The position numbers and the translations under genes were made by a program. Below are positions 27,209 through 40,019 of a DNA stretch of 64,000 bases, in pieces. The stretch is from Lama glama (Eukaryota): positions 26,972,001-27,036,000 of the forward strand of contig CM052818.1 in NCBI GenBank assembly GCA_028534125.1, written 5' to 3'. The first letter of the stretch is position 1. Every line of letters begins with the position of its first letter. The notes under the pieces were generated by a model. That model was given only the letters and a program-made list of their open reading frames with translations. It had not been told where the DNA came from and searched no databases.

Positions 27209-29057
27209 GTGAGTATTTTGTCTGGAAAGTAGGTTAGCTGTAGTTTTAGTTCTTATTAATATTTTTGGTTTATGGGGGAAACTTGTGATACTTGCAATTT
27301 TAGATACTGCTACAGAAATAATTTAATTGTAAAGTTTAATAAAAATGTATTGGTAGAAGATGACCTAGGGATTAGTTATCATTTATGATTATTTTAATAA
27401 TTTTTTATTTGATATTTTTAATTGCTTGAAATGTATGGATTTAATATAGATTTTAATATCTTGAAGCTCAGTCGCCATTAGAATTTCATAAAAAATCTTA
27501 TTTGGAAATTCACTTCAAATCTGTAAGAATGAAATTTCATTCATGGTGCCACAGAAATCATATAAATACTTAATTCTTTTGATGTCAACCTTTTCTTGGC
27601 AACTTTTGATTATCTAATAATGCTGTAACTCATCTTCCCTTTGTAAAATATCTACTTTAAGTATATTTTTTTAATTGATAGAGTATGAGAAATTCAGTAG
27701 CAGAAATAGTTCATTTTGTTTGTTGGATCATTTTCATACAGTTACAAATGATTCTGCTTAAAATAAACATGGACAGTTAAATAAGGAGATTCTTCTTTAT
27801 AGAAAAAAAAATTGGCATGATTCTTAAAAAGCCAAAGATTTTGTGGAAGTCTAAATGTATGTTACGTCATTTTAACGTATGTGTAGGCTGAAAGAATGGT
27901 TTTAATTGGACTCTATACATTTTCTAGTGAGAACAAAGTTTGTGTTATTTGGAACATAAACTAAAATGATGGGATTTAGGTAAAGAGTTGGAAATATGAC
28001 TATTTAGACAAATGTCGTTTGGAGTCTTCTTAAATGTATTCATTAAGTGTTAAAACTATCTTAACGTGTTTTAAATGTAAGTTGTAGACTGTTTCTCAAC
28101 GTAGACATTAATCCTGCTTATGTTTTCACTGAATAAATTAACTTAAATTATAAAGACCTTTAGAAAAGACCAGTCTAGATGTCTTGTGTTTTGGCTTTGA
28201 CCTATCTTTTGAAACTGACAGGTATTATTCTGAATCTGTGTGACTTCTGTAGGGATGGAGAGTAGATTAAAAAAAAAAGAAAAGAAAAACAGCTCTGAGC
28301 AGATTTGAAAATTCTGTCCATATTGTAGCTCAATTTTTTAAAGAAAATATCTTGTAATCTAAAACATTTCCTAATGAACTAAAGAGGACTCATCCTATTC
28401 TGGTCATTAGGAAATTGTTAAATTTATTTAGCAGAAACTAAATTCAAATCTTACATATTTGAAACATCAGTCATTTCCAAAGGTTAAGGGTTTACTCACC
28501 AAAAGAATTAAGTTTTGTAGTAATATTACTTTGACTAATATATTATTTTTAGTAACTTCATGTATATATTTGCTTTTTTCAACTCGTTAACTGTTCAGAA
28601 ATAAAAGATTATATTAGAGAAAAAGGACTTATTTGCTAGTTATTTTGTTAGTTATGGAAACTTCTGTGTCAGAGGAAGAGTTGCAGAGAGGAAAAGAATA
28701 GAGAAAAACAGAAGCAGCGATAATAAGAAAAAAAATTAAAAAGAAATACATTAAGGTTAGCTTAAGAATTGAAATAATACTGAATCAGGTGGGGGAGTTC
28801 CTTGCATTAGATTCCAATTAATCTAAATAGTACTTATGACTATAAAGGGCTTCTAAAAGAGTAACCACTTCCTTCCTATATTGCTTTTCCAATTAAAGTC
28901 TGTGGAAATGTAATAAGTAAGAATCAACGTAGATTATAATTTGATTGGGAGGGTCATTGTTACAATATAAACAAAAGCTAGTGTAACATATCATGGATTA
29001 ATTCTTATGTTGAGTTTAAAAAATTTAACTGAGCAAGATGTACATGTTTTAAACCAG

Positions 29058-29193
29058 GAAATCCGAGTTAACAGATTCTGCCTCTGTGCTGGAGAATTTT
29101 AAATTCCTTGAAAGTGCAGCTGCAGATTTCAGTGATGAAGATGAAGATGATGACATTGATGGAAGAGAGAAAAGCATTATTGATACCTCAACG
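29058..29193 (+). CDS. STRN: STRN exon 6 (136 bp)
   Basis: aaaccag|GAAA...ACG|gtgagt; KSELTDSASVLENFKFLESAAADFSDEDEDDDIDGREKSIIDTST. Confidence 0.95.
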
Positions 29194-32100
29194 GTGAGTT
29201 GGATACTTCAGGTATAAATATTTTTAGGAACCATTATGCATACTTTAAAAATAATCCATATCCTTCAACTTAAAACCCTCAACTCTTTTTTCGTGAATTT
29301 GGGGAAATTTGTACTGATTTCAAATTCAAGAGTATTTATAATATAGCAGCTTTCTCTTAAAGGCCTCTTTGACTTTTTGTTAATTCATTGAACATTTCAA
29401 CATTTTTAGAAGGTTGTTGAATATGGTAAATGTTGTGTGTTGCAACAATGCAGTGTTATTGGTGTTACAAGACAATAGAACTGACAGACCATTACGGTGC
29501 CTGATGGTGACTGGCATCAACTCTAAATCGGTGCAGTTTTTGTTTCGCTTGTCCGAGATGCTGTGGTAGGCAAGTTCTACAGACTTTCAGAACTCTTCTG
29601 TTAAATTCCTCCAGACTTCCTAAATGTAACTTCTCTGTTCTTTATGCCCCCTGCTTCCATCAGAGACTGTAACTTATTACTTCCATTTTAATGTTTCCCT
29701 GGGCCACTATTCAGTAGTATTCTGCTAAAGCAGCCCTGCCATGGGTATTAGTTGAACTTCAAGTAGAAATAGCATGTGTTTTAATTTACTGTAGTAAAAG
29801 AAAATGCCTAAGCTTCTATGATAACTTTTCTCTGTCCTAATCATTTGGAAGTTTTGTACTGACTTGTGATTTCTATGGGATGATTACATTAAGATATTAT
29901 TTTGCTGTCAAAATACTTTATTAATAGCTCAGTGGCAAATAATAACTAATTATGATACTTTAATTTTCTTTGTTAGTCATTATATAAATTTAAATATTAA
30001 AAAATCTATAAGCTGGTTATTATAACTATGGTCTTACTAGAAATTCCTAACTACAAACTGATTTCTTTTTAAATAATCAAATTCATAAACATCCTGACTT
30101 CCAGTTAGTGCAAATCATAGCAATTCTGTGACCAAGCAATGAAGGCACAGCTAATGTGAACGTACTTAACCCCATTCAAATACTAGACACAAAAATTCTT
30201 CTAGTTTTTCTTTTAGAAAAATATTTTAAGCAAACAGTTGGTTTCTTTGTAATAGTTTTGCTAATTTTATGATATATTACATTAATTTTCACAGCTTCAA
30301 TATAATACCTACATGCCAAAAGACTTTATAAATCTAACGCTGTGTAGCAATGAATAAGCAAGTAGGGCTTAGAAGACTTACTGCAATGATACATATATAT
30401 AGAGAGAGAGTGAATGGCCAAAAATTATCCTCTTAAACTGTGTAGTAGAACAAACAGGGTTTTTAAATGTTATTTTATTTCTTTAATCAAAATAGGTTAA
30501 TAGATTCAACTAAGAAAATACAGAAATACAAGGCTCTTAGTAGCCGCTGGTTGTAATTGAGCTATTATAAGTTGGATTGTCTTTAGAAAGCCACTTGTGT
30601 TCATTCTCTTCTCTTGCTCTTTGCCTTGTATTGAGGTTTGATTGTTCTTTGCATTACACTCTGGATCATTTTCCTTCTCTCCATCTCCTTCTCTTTTCTC
30701 ATGATTAACCTCTTTCCCTTATTTTTGTTTAGCATCATTATCAGCATTCTCATCATTGTGTCATTAGTTAAGTGTAATAATGATCTTGAAATTATACATG
30801 TGTATAAAGAGTGTTCAGTTTAAAACTGTATGAAACATAACATTAGTAGCAACATTTAGTCTCCAATTGAGACGCTTTAGGAGGAAAAAGTAATTTGATT
30901 AAGAATCCTTCAGTCTTGTTTTAGTTACAGAATAAAAAAATCTCATCCCCATTTGTGTTATGCTTCTCCTAATGGTTTTCAAAGTGACAGTCTATCTTTT
31001 TCTAATCTTCTTGAAATCCATACTTTTTTTGTGTCTGCCATAATTTCTTAGGTTGATTCGTAAGTTCATTGAACGTAGGAGTGGAGTGGAACTTTAGGTG
31101 TAAGGAAGAAGAGTGACATGTGCTTATTACAACAGGCCCCACCCTGTCCCCTTTACAAATCCTATTCTCTGTTGGTACCCATAGTTCACTTTTCTTCTAT
31201 GCCTAACCATTAAAAACACCGTAGTTTTTGTTTATTTATTTAAATGGATACTTGAGTCAGTGATCTGCAACTTGACATTTATCTTCATTCTCTGTAAGGT
31301 TATGCAGAGGACTTGAGACCTAAAAACAGATTTTTCCCCAAGGGGTTAGTTTTGTGACATAACTATGGTAGATTGGGAAATGCTGTAAATGTAAAAGTTT
31401 TTCTTGATTTTAGGGAAAAATCTAAATAGTTAAACCAGTTCTTCTAGCATCATTAAAGACTCCTTGATTTCTCCTCTTCAGTTTTGATATATACCAGGAC
31501 AGTTAAGGTAGATTAGGTTTCATTTACTGTGCCAGCTTTCTTCTATTGACAGTGACTTCCTGGAGTGCTGTGTCGAGAAGGATTTCTGAGGTTGTGTATG
31601 GTCTTAGATGGAAAGTGCTGTGATTGATCATTGATACCTGTCAATGAGTGTGAAAACAGGTCCACATGAGTCAGATACTTGCTGTCTCTTAGAGTCTATT
31701 TCTGGACCCTCTAGTCTGTCCCATTGATTTGTCGGTTGAACTTTTATAATTTTAAATCGCTCACACTAGTCCGCTAGTCAAGTTTGAACAAATCATACTA
31801 TTTCTGTTTTGCATGAAGTGAAGAAGCTGAGGTCTGGAGAAGTTATTGAGTCCATTTTATCAAAAGAAGCTGCAAACCAGTCATCCTAATTTGTTTGGGC
31901 TCCCGGTGGTGGCAGACCGAAAAGGAGATAATTTATAAAGAGTATTGGCATATAGATCTAAAAAATTGTCTCTATATGCCTTAAGCCTAAGTTTTAATCC
32001 TTCAAGTGGATTTATGATTCTAGAGATGTTTCTAAATATATGGAAATTAGACATAATGACCCTTATCAGATTTGCTATTAAATCTAAGTCTCTGGAAGAG

Positions 32101-32765
32101 CACTGTTTTAGGAAAAAATTTGAATATATAGACAGTTATTAGAGAAAACTGATAAAAGCTTGGGACATTAGAAATAATGATGGGAACCATTTCACCCCCA
32201 ATAGAATACCTTCTAAGTTTTGTGACATGCATTTCTGAGTTTGTACTTTTGGGAATTTTAGGTTTTGTAAGAGAATGATGTAGTAGGGTTAAAATTTATT
32301 ATGGTTATATTCTGAAAAACTCTTGCAATGTTTTATGAAGTGTTTCTTTGGTTAGATTAGAACATCTACACGCTACACAGACTGCATCCATGTAAGATTT
32401 GGTTGTGGTTCTCATAGTACAGTATGTCAGGGACATTTTTCATCTATATGTAATTTAAATGCATGTCTTATACTCCAGTATTTTCTATATATGATTCCAT
32501 TAGTTTATTTAAAACGAATAAGCCATCATTGAACAAAGTTTAAATTACTCCTTTAAAATGTATAATATGTATCTTTTTAAAATGACATCTGTGTTTTCCA
32601 CAGAATTGGGTAGGTATTACAGTTGTTTAATACAACAAAGATGCATTTTCTGAAGAAAATAATAATTGGGTTTTCTCTTTCAATGGTGAAGGGATATTGT
32701 CTCCTTTACTTAAATTAATTCCATCATGTATCCTAATATTTTAACTTAGCATGTTTTTTCATTAG

Positions 32766-32901
32766 ATTGTTAGGAAAAAAGTATTGCCCGATTCCAGCGA
32801 AGATCGAGATACAAAAGAAGCTCTAAAGGAATTTGACTTCTTGGTTACATCAGAGGAAGGAGACAATGAGTCTAGAAGCGCAGGCGATGGAACAGACTGG
32901 G
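32766..32901 (+). CDS. STRN: STRN exon 7 (136 bp)
   Basis: ttcattag|ATT...TGGG|gtaagc; IVRKKVLPDSSEDRDTKEALKEFDFLVTSEEGDNESRSAGDGTDW. Confidence 0.95.
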
Positions 32902-34417
32902 GTAAGCAAGCATTTTGGATCCAACCAGAGATGTTCTGTAAATAAACAAACCAGTATTTTACCAGGGTGACATCTTGAAGAACACTTTAAATCTTTTATA
33001 ATGTTGAAAATCCTGTGAACTTTTTACTGTTGTCACCTTTTTTCCAGGGTGTGTGTGTGTTTAAAGAAAGTTGTATATCTAGTTACCATATCTTTTTTTT
33101 AAACATAAGCAATACAGTACAAATATAATTTGAATTCATAAACAGAATGTCCTCTGTTTTCTGCCCAGACAGTAGAACTTTCAAATCTGGATTTTGTGGA
33201 AATTGAATATGAGAATGTAATAAAGAATTTGCGAGATCTCATCTCTGACATCTTCTGTCCAAAAACGTATAAATTAGAAAATTATAGTTATTCATTCATT
33301 TTAGTCACATTTCATCATCTTTGTACAAGGCATAGAGTTTTTTTTTGCACAAATTGTTCTAAACAAATTTAATATTTTAAACATCTAACAAGAGTTAAAA
33401 CAGGTATTTGGGGGAAAACTTTTACAGCATTGATCATTCTAGGAGTTTGGAAATGAATCGTCACTATCAGTAAGGTAGGATTGTGATAAATTCTTCAGAG
33501 TGACTAATTCTGTCAGGTGTGTGTTTGTGTGTGAGTAAGAGAGAGAGAGACAGAGAGAGAGACAGATACTGAGAATGAGAGAAGAATTTCTCCTGAGGTT
33601 GAAGAATTTCAGAAGACTTCCCTTAGCTTACATTGTATGTACTTTAAAGACAGATAAGGTTAGAGAATCGATAACTATCTTAATTTTTCCTCAAGGCTTT
33701 ACCTTCAGGTACTCTGAAAGCGCTAATGCCACTTCTTTTCCTTTTTTGTGCCAAATATTTCCTACTGTTGGGACAATAGAAATAGTAATGGGAACCGTTT
33801 TCCCCCACAACAGAATACTTTCTAAGTCTTTTTTTGTGACAGATATTTATTAGGGATAATTTCTTAGTCTTTGAGGAATATAATGGCTTATTTAGTGATT
33901 GGCCTTTTTTTTTCTTCAGCAGAACAATTTGGAAACCAGGGGAAGTTAAAATGAAAAGAGTCTCTCTCCTGTCTTATTACTTACTAAGCTTATATATCAA
34001 GTCATTCAGATATTTAGGCAACAGTTCTTCCAATATAGCTAAGACCCACTGTGCTACACTGAGGTCTTTCTCTGAGAAGTCACACGTATGTGTAGATAAT
34101 AGTTGACCTTTTCATTACCAGCCTTATTGCAAGGATAATTGAGATTCATTTTTCTCCAAAGACAGCTGCACTGTCCCTTGTATAACTTCCTTTGCTTTAA
34201 GGTGTGAGTTGTGGCTAAGAGTATTGTATGATACAGGTGTGTAGCCTGCTACGAAGTTACAGGTGAAAATGAGTGAGTGTTCTCACATCTGAGCTGTCCC
34301 ACTCTTCAGTAGTGTACTGGATATTTCTCTCTCCGAGTATGAGTTAATGGAATCTTTCAGTTGATGGAGTTCTCCTCCTCCTCCTCCTCCTCCCATTCAC
34401 ATGTAAATTTTAAAAAA

Positions 34418-34547
34418 CATCTGGGGGGGTGGTAATTAGGTTTCTTTGTTTGCTTGTTTATTTGTTTATGTAATGGAGGTACTGAGCATTGAACCCAGGA
34501 CCTCGTACATGCTAAGCATGCGCTCTACCACTGAACTATACCCTCCC
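34418..34547 (-). mobile_element. tRNA-Ala-derived SINE (vic-1-like), no A tail
   Basis: Reverse complement GGGAGGGTATAGTTCAGTGGTAGAGCGCATGCTTAGCATGTACGAGGTCCTGGGTTCAATGCTCAGTACCTCCA...AAACCTAATTACCACCCCCCC. Confidence 0.85.
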
Positions 34548-35149
34548 ACAACTGGAGGTTTCTTTACCAGGAGTTTGGCTTTGTACATGTTAAGAATTTT
34601 ATAATTTAAATTCAAGGATTTCACTTTTAACCAATTAATAAAACTAGATTGCAAATCCTGTTTAGCTGAATGGACATTTAAATCATTTTAAGGACTTCCT
34701 TTACCTTTTTCCCACCCCTCTGAAAAGAGAGTTACTGTGCTTATGTTAAGAATCTCCTTAGTTTCTGGCAAACCAATAGATTTTACCACCCACCACCTTC
34801 TGTGATCTTCCATTACTATTGTTGTTATGAATCTAGTTAAGAGTATAAGGTTAATTTTTACTTTAAAGCCCTGAAGACATTCTAGGATCCAAAAGCTACT
34901 CGGTTTAATTTATTATTAAGATGTGATTGATAAAATTTAACATTTTTGATTGTTAGATTTTTCTGGAAAAAATAGAGGCTATTTCTGTTATTGATAGTAG
35001 AATATTGATCGATCTATAAAAGCGTTGAGTTTTTAAAATTGTATGTAGTATATTCAGATGCCCAGTTATCTGGTTTTTTTTAAGTGTGAATTGAAGCTTG
35101 TTAAAAAATAGACATATGTCTTTTTATTCTGGTTCATTTTGGTTTATTC

Positions 35150-36090
35150 CAATCATTCAACAAATATTGATCACATGCTTCCTATGTACCAAGTATTCTA
35201 GGTGACGTTCCCTATTCCTGTGGTCCTGTATTCTACTAAGAGGATAATAGACAGTAAGCGATAAACATAAATGATATAGTATGTCAGAATGTGATAAATG
35301 CTGTGGGAAATAGGAAAAGTAGAACAGAGTCCGGGGGATAGAGGGTGCTAAGGTGTGGGCAGGGTTGGAGGGGACAAGTAAAAATGTGAAATAGATTGAT
35401 TATGGTAAGCCCCATTGAGAGGGTAACATTTGAACAAAAGATGATATTGATGAGGGAGTTAGCCACATGGTATCTGGGAAGGAATGTTCAGGAAGAAGAA
35501 AACCAGAACAATTGCCCTGGTGTGTTGCTTGAGGAATTAGGAAGCTAGAGTGGCTGGAGCAGAGTGATTCTAAAGGGAAATGATCAAATCAGTGGGGCTA
35601 TGTTGTGAGATGGGGAGCCATGAGAAGGATTTGACCCAGAAGGCTGACATGATCCAACTTTTATTTTAAAGCATCACTCTGGCTACTGTGTTGAGAATAG
35701 ACTACCCAGGGCAATCAGTGTTGGCAAAGACTTGGTGGGGAGAGGAGAAAACTATTGCAGTAATTCTAGCATGAGTCAGAAAGATTAGAGAAGTAGTGGA
35801 TCTGCTAAGAAGTAGTAAGAATCTGATGTGTTTTAAAGGTAGAGAAAACAGTATTTCCTGAAATATTTGATATGGGGTGTAAAAGAAAAGGATGTTTTTG
35901 GTCTGAGCAAATGAAAGTGTAGACTTGGCCATCAAATAAAATGGGGGACCCTATAGATAGAACAAATTGGATGGGAAGATTGAGAATTTGGTTTTGTTTG
36001 TTTAGTTTGAGATATCTATTAGACTTCCTAATGGAAATGTAGGTTGAGCAGTTGAATATATGTCTTGAGTTCAAGTGAGAGTTCTGAGGT
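35150..36090 (-). mobile_element. L2 (3' portion)
   Basis: cattcaacaaatattga...tatgtaccaagtattctagg; tgacatgatccaactttt...aaagcatcactctggctactgtgttgagaatagact. Confidence 0.75.
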
Positions 36091-36395
36091 AACACATGTA
36101 ACACTATATAGTATATAGTAAATTATAGTAATTATAAAATATATAGCATCATTTACTTTTTAAATTTTCTACACCTGAAATAGTGGAAGTTAACAATTGA
36201 ATTTCTTTCTACTAGAAACTCAGTTTCCTGTTTTAAGAATTTATAAATTAACAGGTCACTTAAGTTGTTTTAAATTTTGAATGCCAGGTTGGTTGATAAG
36301 TTTACAGAGTGCTGTTTATAAAGCCTATAAAATAAAAATGATCTTTTGCTGATAAGTATATGCCAAATATATAAAATTTATTAAATGAAAAGATC

Positions 36396-36492
36396 ATTGA
36401 AGACTATTTTGTAAAATCTCTTAATAATCTTCATTACATAAATTGAAGACTGTTTTGTACAATCTCTTAATGATCTTCATTACATAAATTGA
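36396..36492. repeat. 46-bp tandem duplication
   Basis: attgaagact(a/g)ttttgta(a/c)aatctcttaat(a/g)atcttcattacataa at 36396 and 36442. Confidence 0.9.
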
Positions 36493-36834
36493 TAAGAAAT
36501 TTTTTTTGTGAGTCAGTTCTAATCAAATTCAGAAAATGGAATGAAAATGAGTTCTGGGGTTTAATTTACTAAAAGTCACTAAAATCTTGCAGGTTTTTTT
36601 CCTTATGTCTCTTTGAAAAGAAATATAATGTTATTGCCTAGGAAATTGAGTTGATCACTGTTTCTTAGATGTTATATTTTGTGTGACATATCTCTAATGA
36701 ATAAGCAATAACTTTTTAAAATTAGTAATACTATGAAGAAAATGGTATGTCATTCATTGAAATAACAGTGAATTGACTTAGAGTGTTCAATACTTTATTG
36801 AAAAAGGCTGTTTCATTTGTTTCACTCTGTTTAG

Positions 36835-36945
36835 AAAAGGAAGACCAGTGTCTCATGCCTGAAGCTTGGAATGTGGACCAGGGAGTAATTACCAAACTCA
36901 AGGAACAATACAAAAAGGAGAGAAAGGGGAAAAAGGGGGTGAAGA
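36835..36945 (+). CDS. STRN: STRN exon 8 (111 bp, phase 1-1)
   Basis: ctgtttag|AAAAG...GAAGA|gtaagt; EKEDQCLMPEAWNVDQGVITKLKEQYKKERKGKKGVK, also visible in ORF 36783..36971. Confidence 0.95.
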
Positions 36946-37969
36946 GTAAGTGGAAAACATTGTATCTGTAAATCATAAATCTTGCCTCTTTGTGTCCCCC
37001 AATTTTTTTTTCCAATGTTTTCCTAAAACTACTTACTCTTTTTCTTTTCTGCTCCTGACTTCTTTCCTTGTCACCTGCTTTCAGGGGTTGAAATTAAGTG
37101 GTTAGCTGTTTGATTATGAACTTAAAAAAAAAAAGCTGTGCATGTAATTAGCAAATTATAATATAGCCCAGTAATAAATCGAGAGCCTCATGAGAGTGTG
37201 AAACTATGTATTCAACCATTGTGATAATTTGATTTTTAAAATTATATATTCTTAATTACAGCAATGGTTTTTCACTGTTGACAATTTAAAATCTCATCTA
37301 GTGTGACCCTCTCACAGTCCAACAAAATTATTGCTTTTAATTTCAGGTCTTGGAGACAGAAAGTTAATTTCTACCCCTGACTATTCTGTGTGTTCACAGT
37401 TCATTTACTCTCATCACTATATGCTATACAGGGCACAGAGTCAAGTACACAACTTTTAAAAGTATTTATTTTTCTAATTTAAGCTTTTGGCCAATTTATA
37501 ATATTACCAATTAGGTTTTTTTTTCTTTTCAGTAAAATATGTGCCACATCAAAAATGGAAACTAAGGTGGAGTTTCTAGCCCCCTGAATCAGATAACTCA
37601 TGCACATTATTAATAAAGTTTAGCAGTAGATCTAGTTAAGTATATAAAATGGAATTATAAAAGCTTTCAAACATCCCTGAAAGCCACCCTAAACACCTAT
37701 TTAGGAGAGTAAGGCCACATTATCCCCTTGTGCCACCACTGTCATTTCAGGATGGACATGGGTCTCCCTTCTATGGCAATAGGAATTTCATCCTGTGGGT
37801 TATTAAAATAGTGTAAAGTGAGATTAAAGTCCAGTTTAATAAGGCATGTACTTAAAATTGCAAAATATTGGAAGGATATGCTTTTTTCCCCCTTTTTTTT
37901 TATAGTGATGCTAAGGTTTATCAAAGGCCAGTTATTCTTTTACAGCCTAGTACTTACTGATAAACATTT

Positions 37970-38188
37970 TTTTTCAGGGTTTTTTCTTTACTTTTTTTTA
38001 TTGAGTAATAGTCATTTTACAATGTTGTGTCAAATTCTAGTGTAGAGCACAATTTTTCAGTTATACATGAACATACATATATTCATTGTCACATTTTTTT
38101 TTGCTATGAGCTACCGCAAGATCTTATATATATTTCCTTGTGCTATACAGTATAATCTTGTTTATGTATTCTGCATTTTAAAATCCCA
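37970..38188 (-). mobile_element. Young L1 3'-end insertion with perfect 15-bp TSD
   Basis: tactgataaacattt at 37955-37969 and 38189-38203; T-tail on the left; reverse complement aligns by eye with 9517-9690. Confidence 0.85.
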
Positions 38189-39418
38189 TACTGATAAACA
38201 TTTAAATCTTTATTTAAAAATCTTAGAATTTACAAGTACTCAGCTTGAATGAATAAAAAGTCAGTGGCCATTATTGATGTTACTATTGTACCAACCATTA
38301 TGTAACTGAAAGAGAATATCATTTGATTCCTTCTCAGTATAAATTAAATCACAGTGAGAAAGATTAATACTAAAACAAAAGAACATTTTGTACTTTTTAT
38401 TAAGAAATACTATGAAAAATTTAACTGTAATAAACAATAGTGAGACATGGTTTGTTATGGCTTTTCAGAGCCATGATAAAACCAGTTAAACTGATATTTT
38501 GAGGGGTATTTATCTGTCATACACAAGAAACAAGAAGAGTATTTTAATTGTCACATTGACTTAAAGTTGGGATATTTCTTGAAGTCATAGTGCCATAATG
38601 TAATGAACGTCTTGAAATGTAAAAGAGCTTTGGGTTGGAAAAGTATCCAGGACTTATGTAGAATCCATCTGCTGTTGTATTGATTATTCACTTCTTGTCA
38701 AATACCAAGGCACTGCTGTAGTTGGGATTTAGCAGTTAAGGTCTAAAACTGCACCATTTGACTGGAATAGTATTCATGCTAATAGAAGCTATTGGGTTTC
38801 CTGAATCTGGGTATTATGATCACTATTCAGGCGTATAGCACATAGTTTTTTATTATGGCGAAGAAAAATGATTCTTTAGGGGGAGAAATTTTAATGTCTT
38901 TCACTGAAGAGAGAGAGACTATACATTAAGGTTCAGCACAGTTTTTTTTAATCATCGTCAGTTCAGGTTATCTTGATAAAACGGTAGTCTTGGAAAAAGT
39001 GAAGACAAGATAAAAATAGAACTGAAAGACCTGAAAATAGAACTGAAGCAAAACTTTGGGTTGATATATGGAGCATTAATTTATAAACCACCATAGGTAT
39101 TTTTTAAATTGAACTATTACTTATTGGAAAAGATTGAGTCTTTGTAATACGGTCTAGTAGAAATATTTCCAGTCAGATTGTGTTCTCCAGTCATACTATC
39201 TTGAAATATATTTCTAGGTATTAGTTAAAATTGCTTAAAAATAGTTTTCTGGTGTAGGGAAAAAAAAACATAATGGACTATGGGTAAGATTTTCCCATTC
39301 TTAATTAAACTTATAACAGGAAAAACTACCGAAGATCTGTTTCAGCCTCTATCCTATATAAAACAGTCAAAACAGGGATGTGGGAGAATGAAGCATCAAA
39401 GTATTGGTAAGTAATCAG

Positions 39419-39493
39419 CAGGGCATGAGATTTCAACTCGGGTACCATAGCTTCAGGGTGTGAGATTTCACCTTGGGTACCATAGCTTCAGGA
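39419..39493. repeat. 35-bp tandem duplication
   Basis: caggg(ca/tg)tgagatttca(a/c)ct(c/t)gggtaccatagctt at 39419 and 39454. Confidence 0.9.
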
Positions 39494-39875
39494 TGTAAGG
39501 CAATGAATGTAAACAAACAAAAAGGGATGTGACTTTAATTCAGTACGCAGTGGTTTCACGGTCTATGGTATCTGTCTACGTTTAGAAAAGTATACAAGGA
39601 TTATAAATAATACTATTTTTAATGATCCAAATTGCACATAAACTTTTTTATGCAAATAGTAATGTTATTTCATTAGCTTACTTTTTAAAATATACGTAAA
39701 ACATAATTCTTTTTAAGAAATAATAAACTTTCAAAACAATTTGAAACTTAGAAAATAATTACTTTTTTAAAGCTGAATGTTGGCAGATGTGAATAAGGTT
39801 TATGGCACCATTTTGATGCAGTTGGATAATTCTGTTTCCTCTTTTTTGTTCTCTCCCTCCCTTTTTTGGGGCTAG

Positions 39876-40019
39876 GGCCCAATAGGTCAAAACTACAAGA
39901 TATGCTTGCTAATTTGAGAGATGTTGATGAACTTCCCTCCTTGCAGCCATCTGTGGGCTCACCTTCCAGACCCAGCAGCTCCAGGCTTCCTGAACATGAA
40001 ATAAATAGGGCAGATGAAG
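39876..40019 (+). CDS. STRN: STRN exon 9 (144 bp, phase 1-1, GC donor)
   Basis: ggggctag|GGCCC...GAAG|gcaagt; RPNRSKLQDMLANLRDVDELPSLQPSVGSPSRPSSSRLPEHEINRADE, in ORF 39866..40099. Confidence 0.93.

Noticed and set aside
34474..34545. Functional tRNA-Ala genes at the five tRNA-like loci
   Set aside because: They carry stem-breaking substitutions, an extended 5' end, SINE-type 3' segments or A tails, and TSDs, so they are better explained as SINE copies.
36396..36492. Tandem duplications as CRISPR-like or functional arrays
   Set aside because: Only two adjacent copies with no spacers; typical local duplication.
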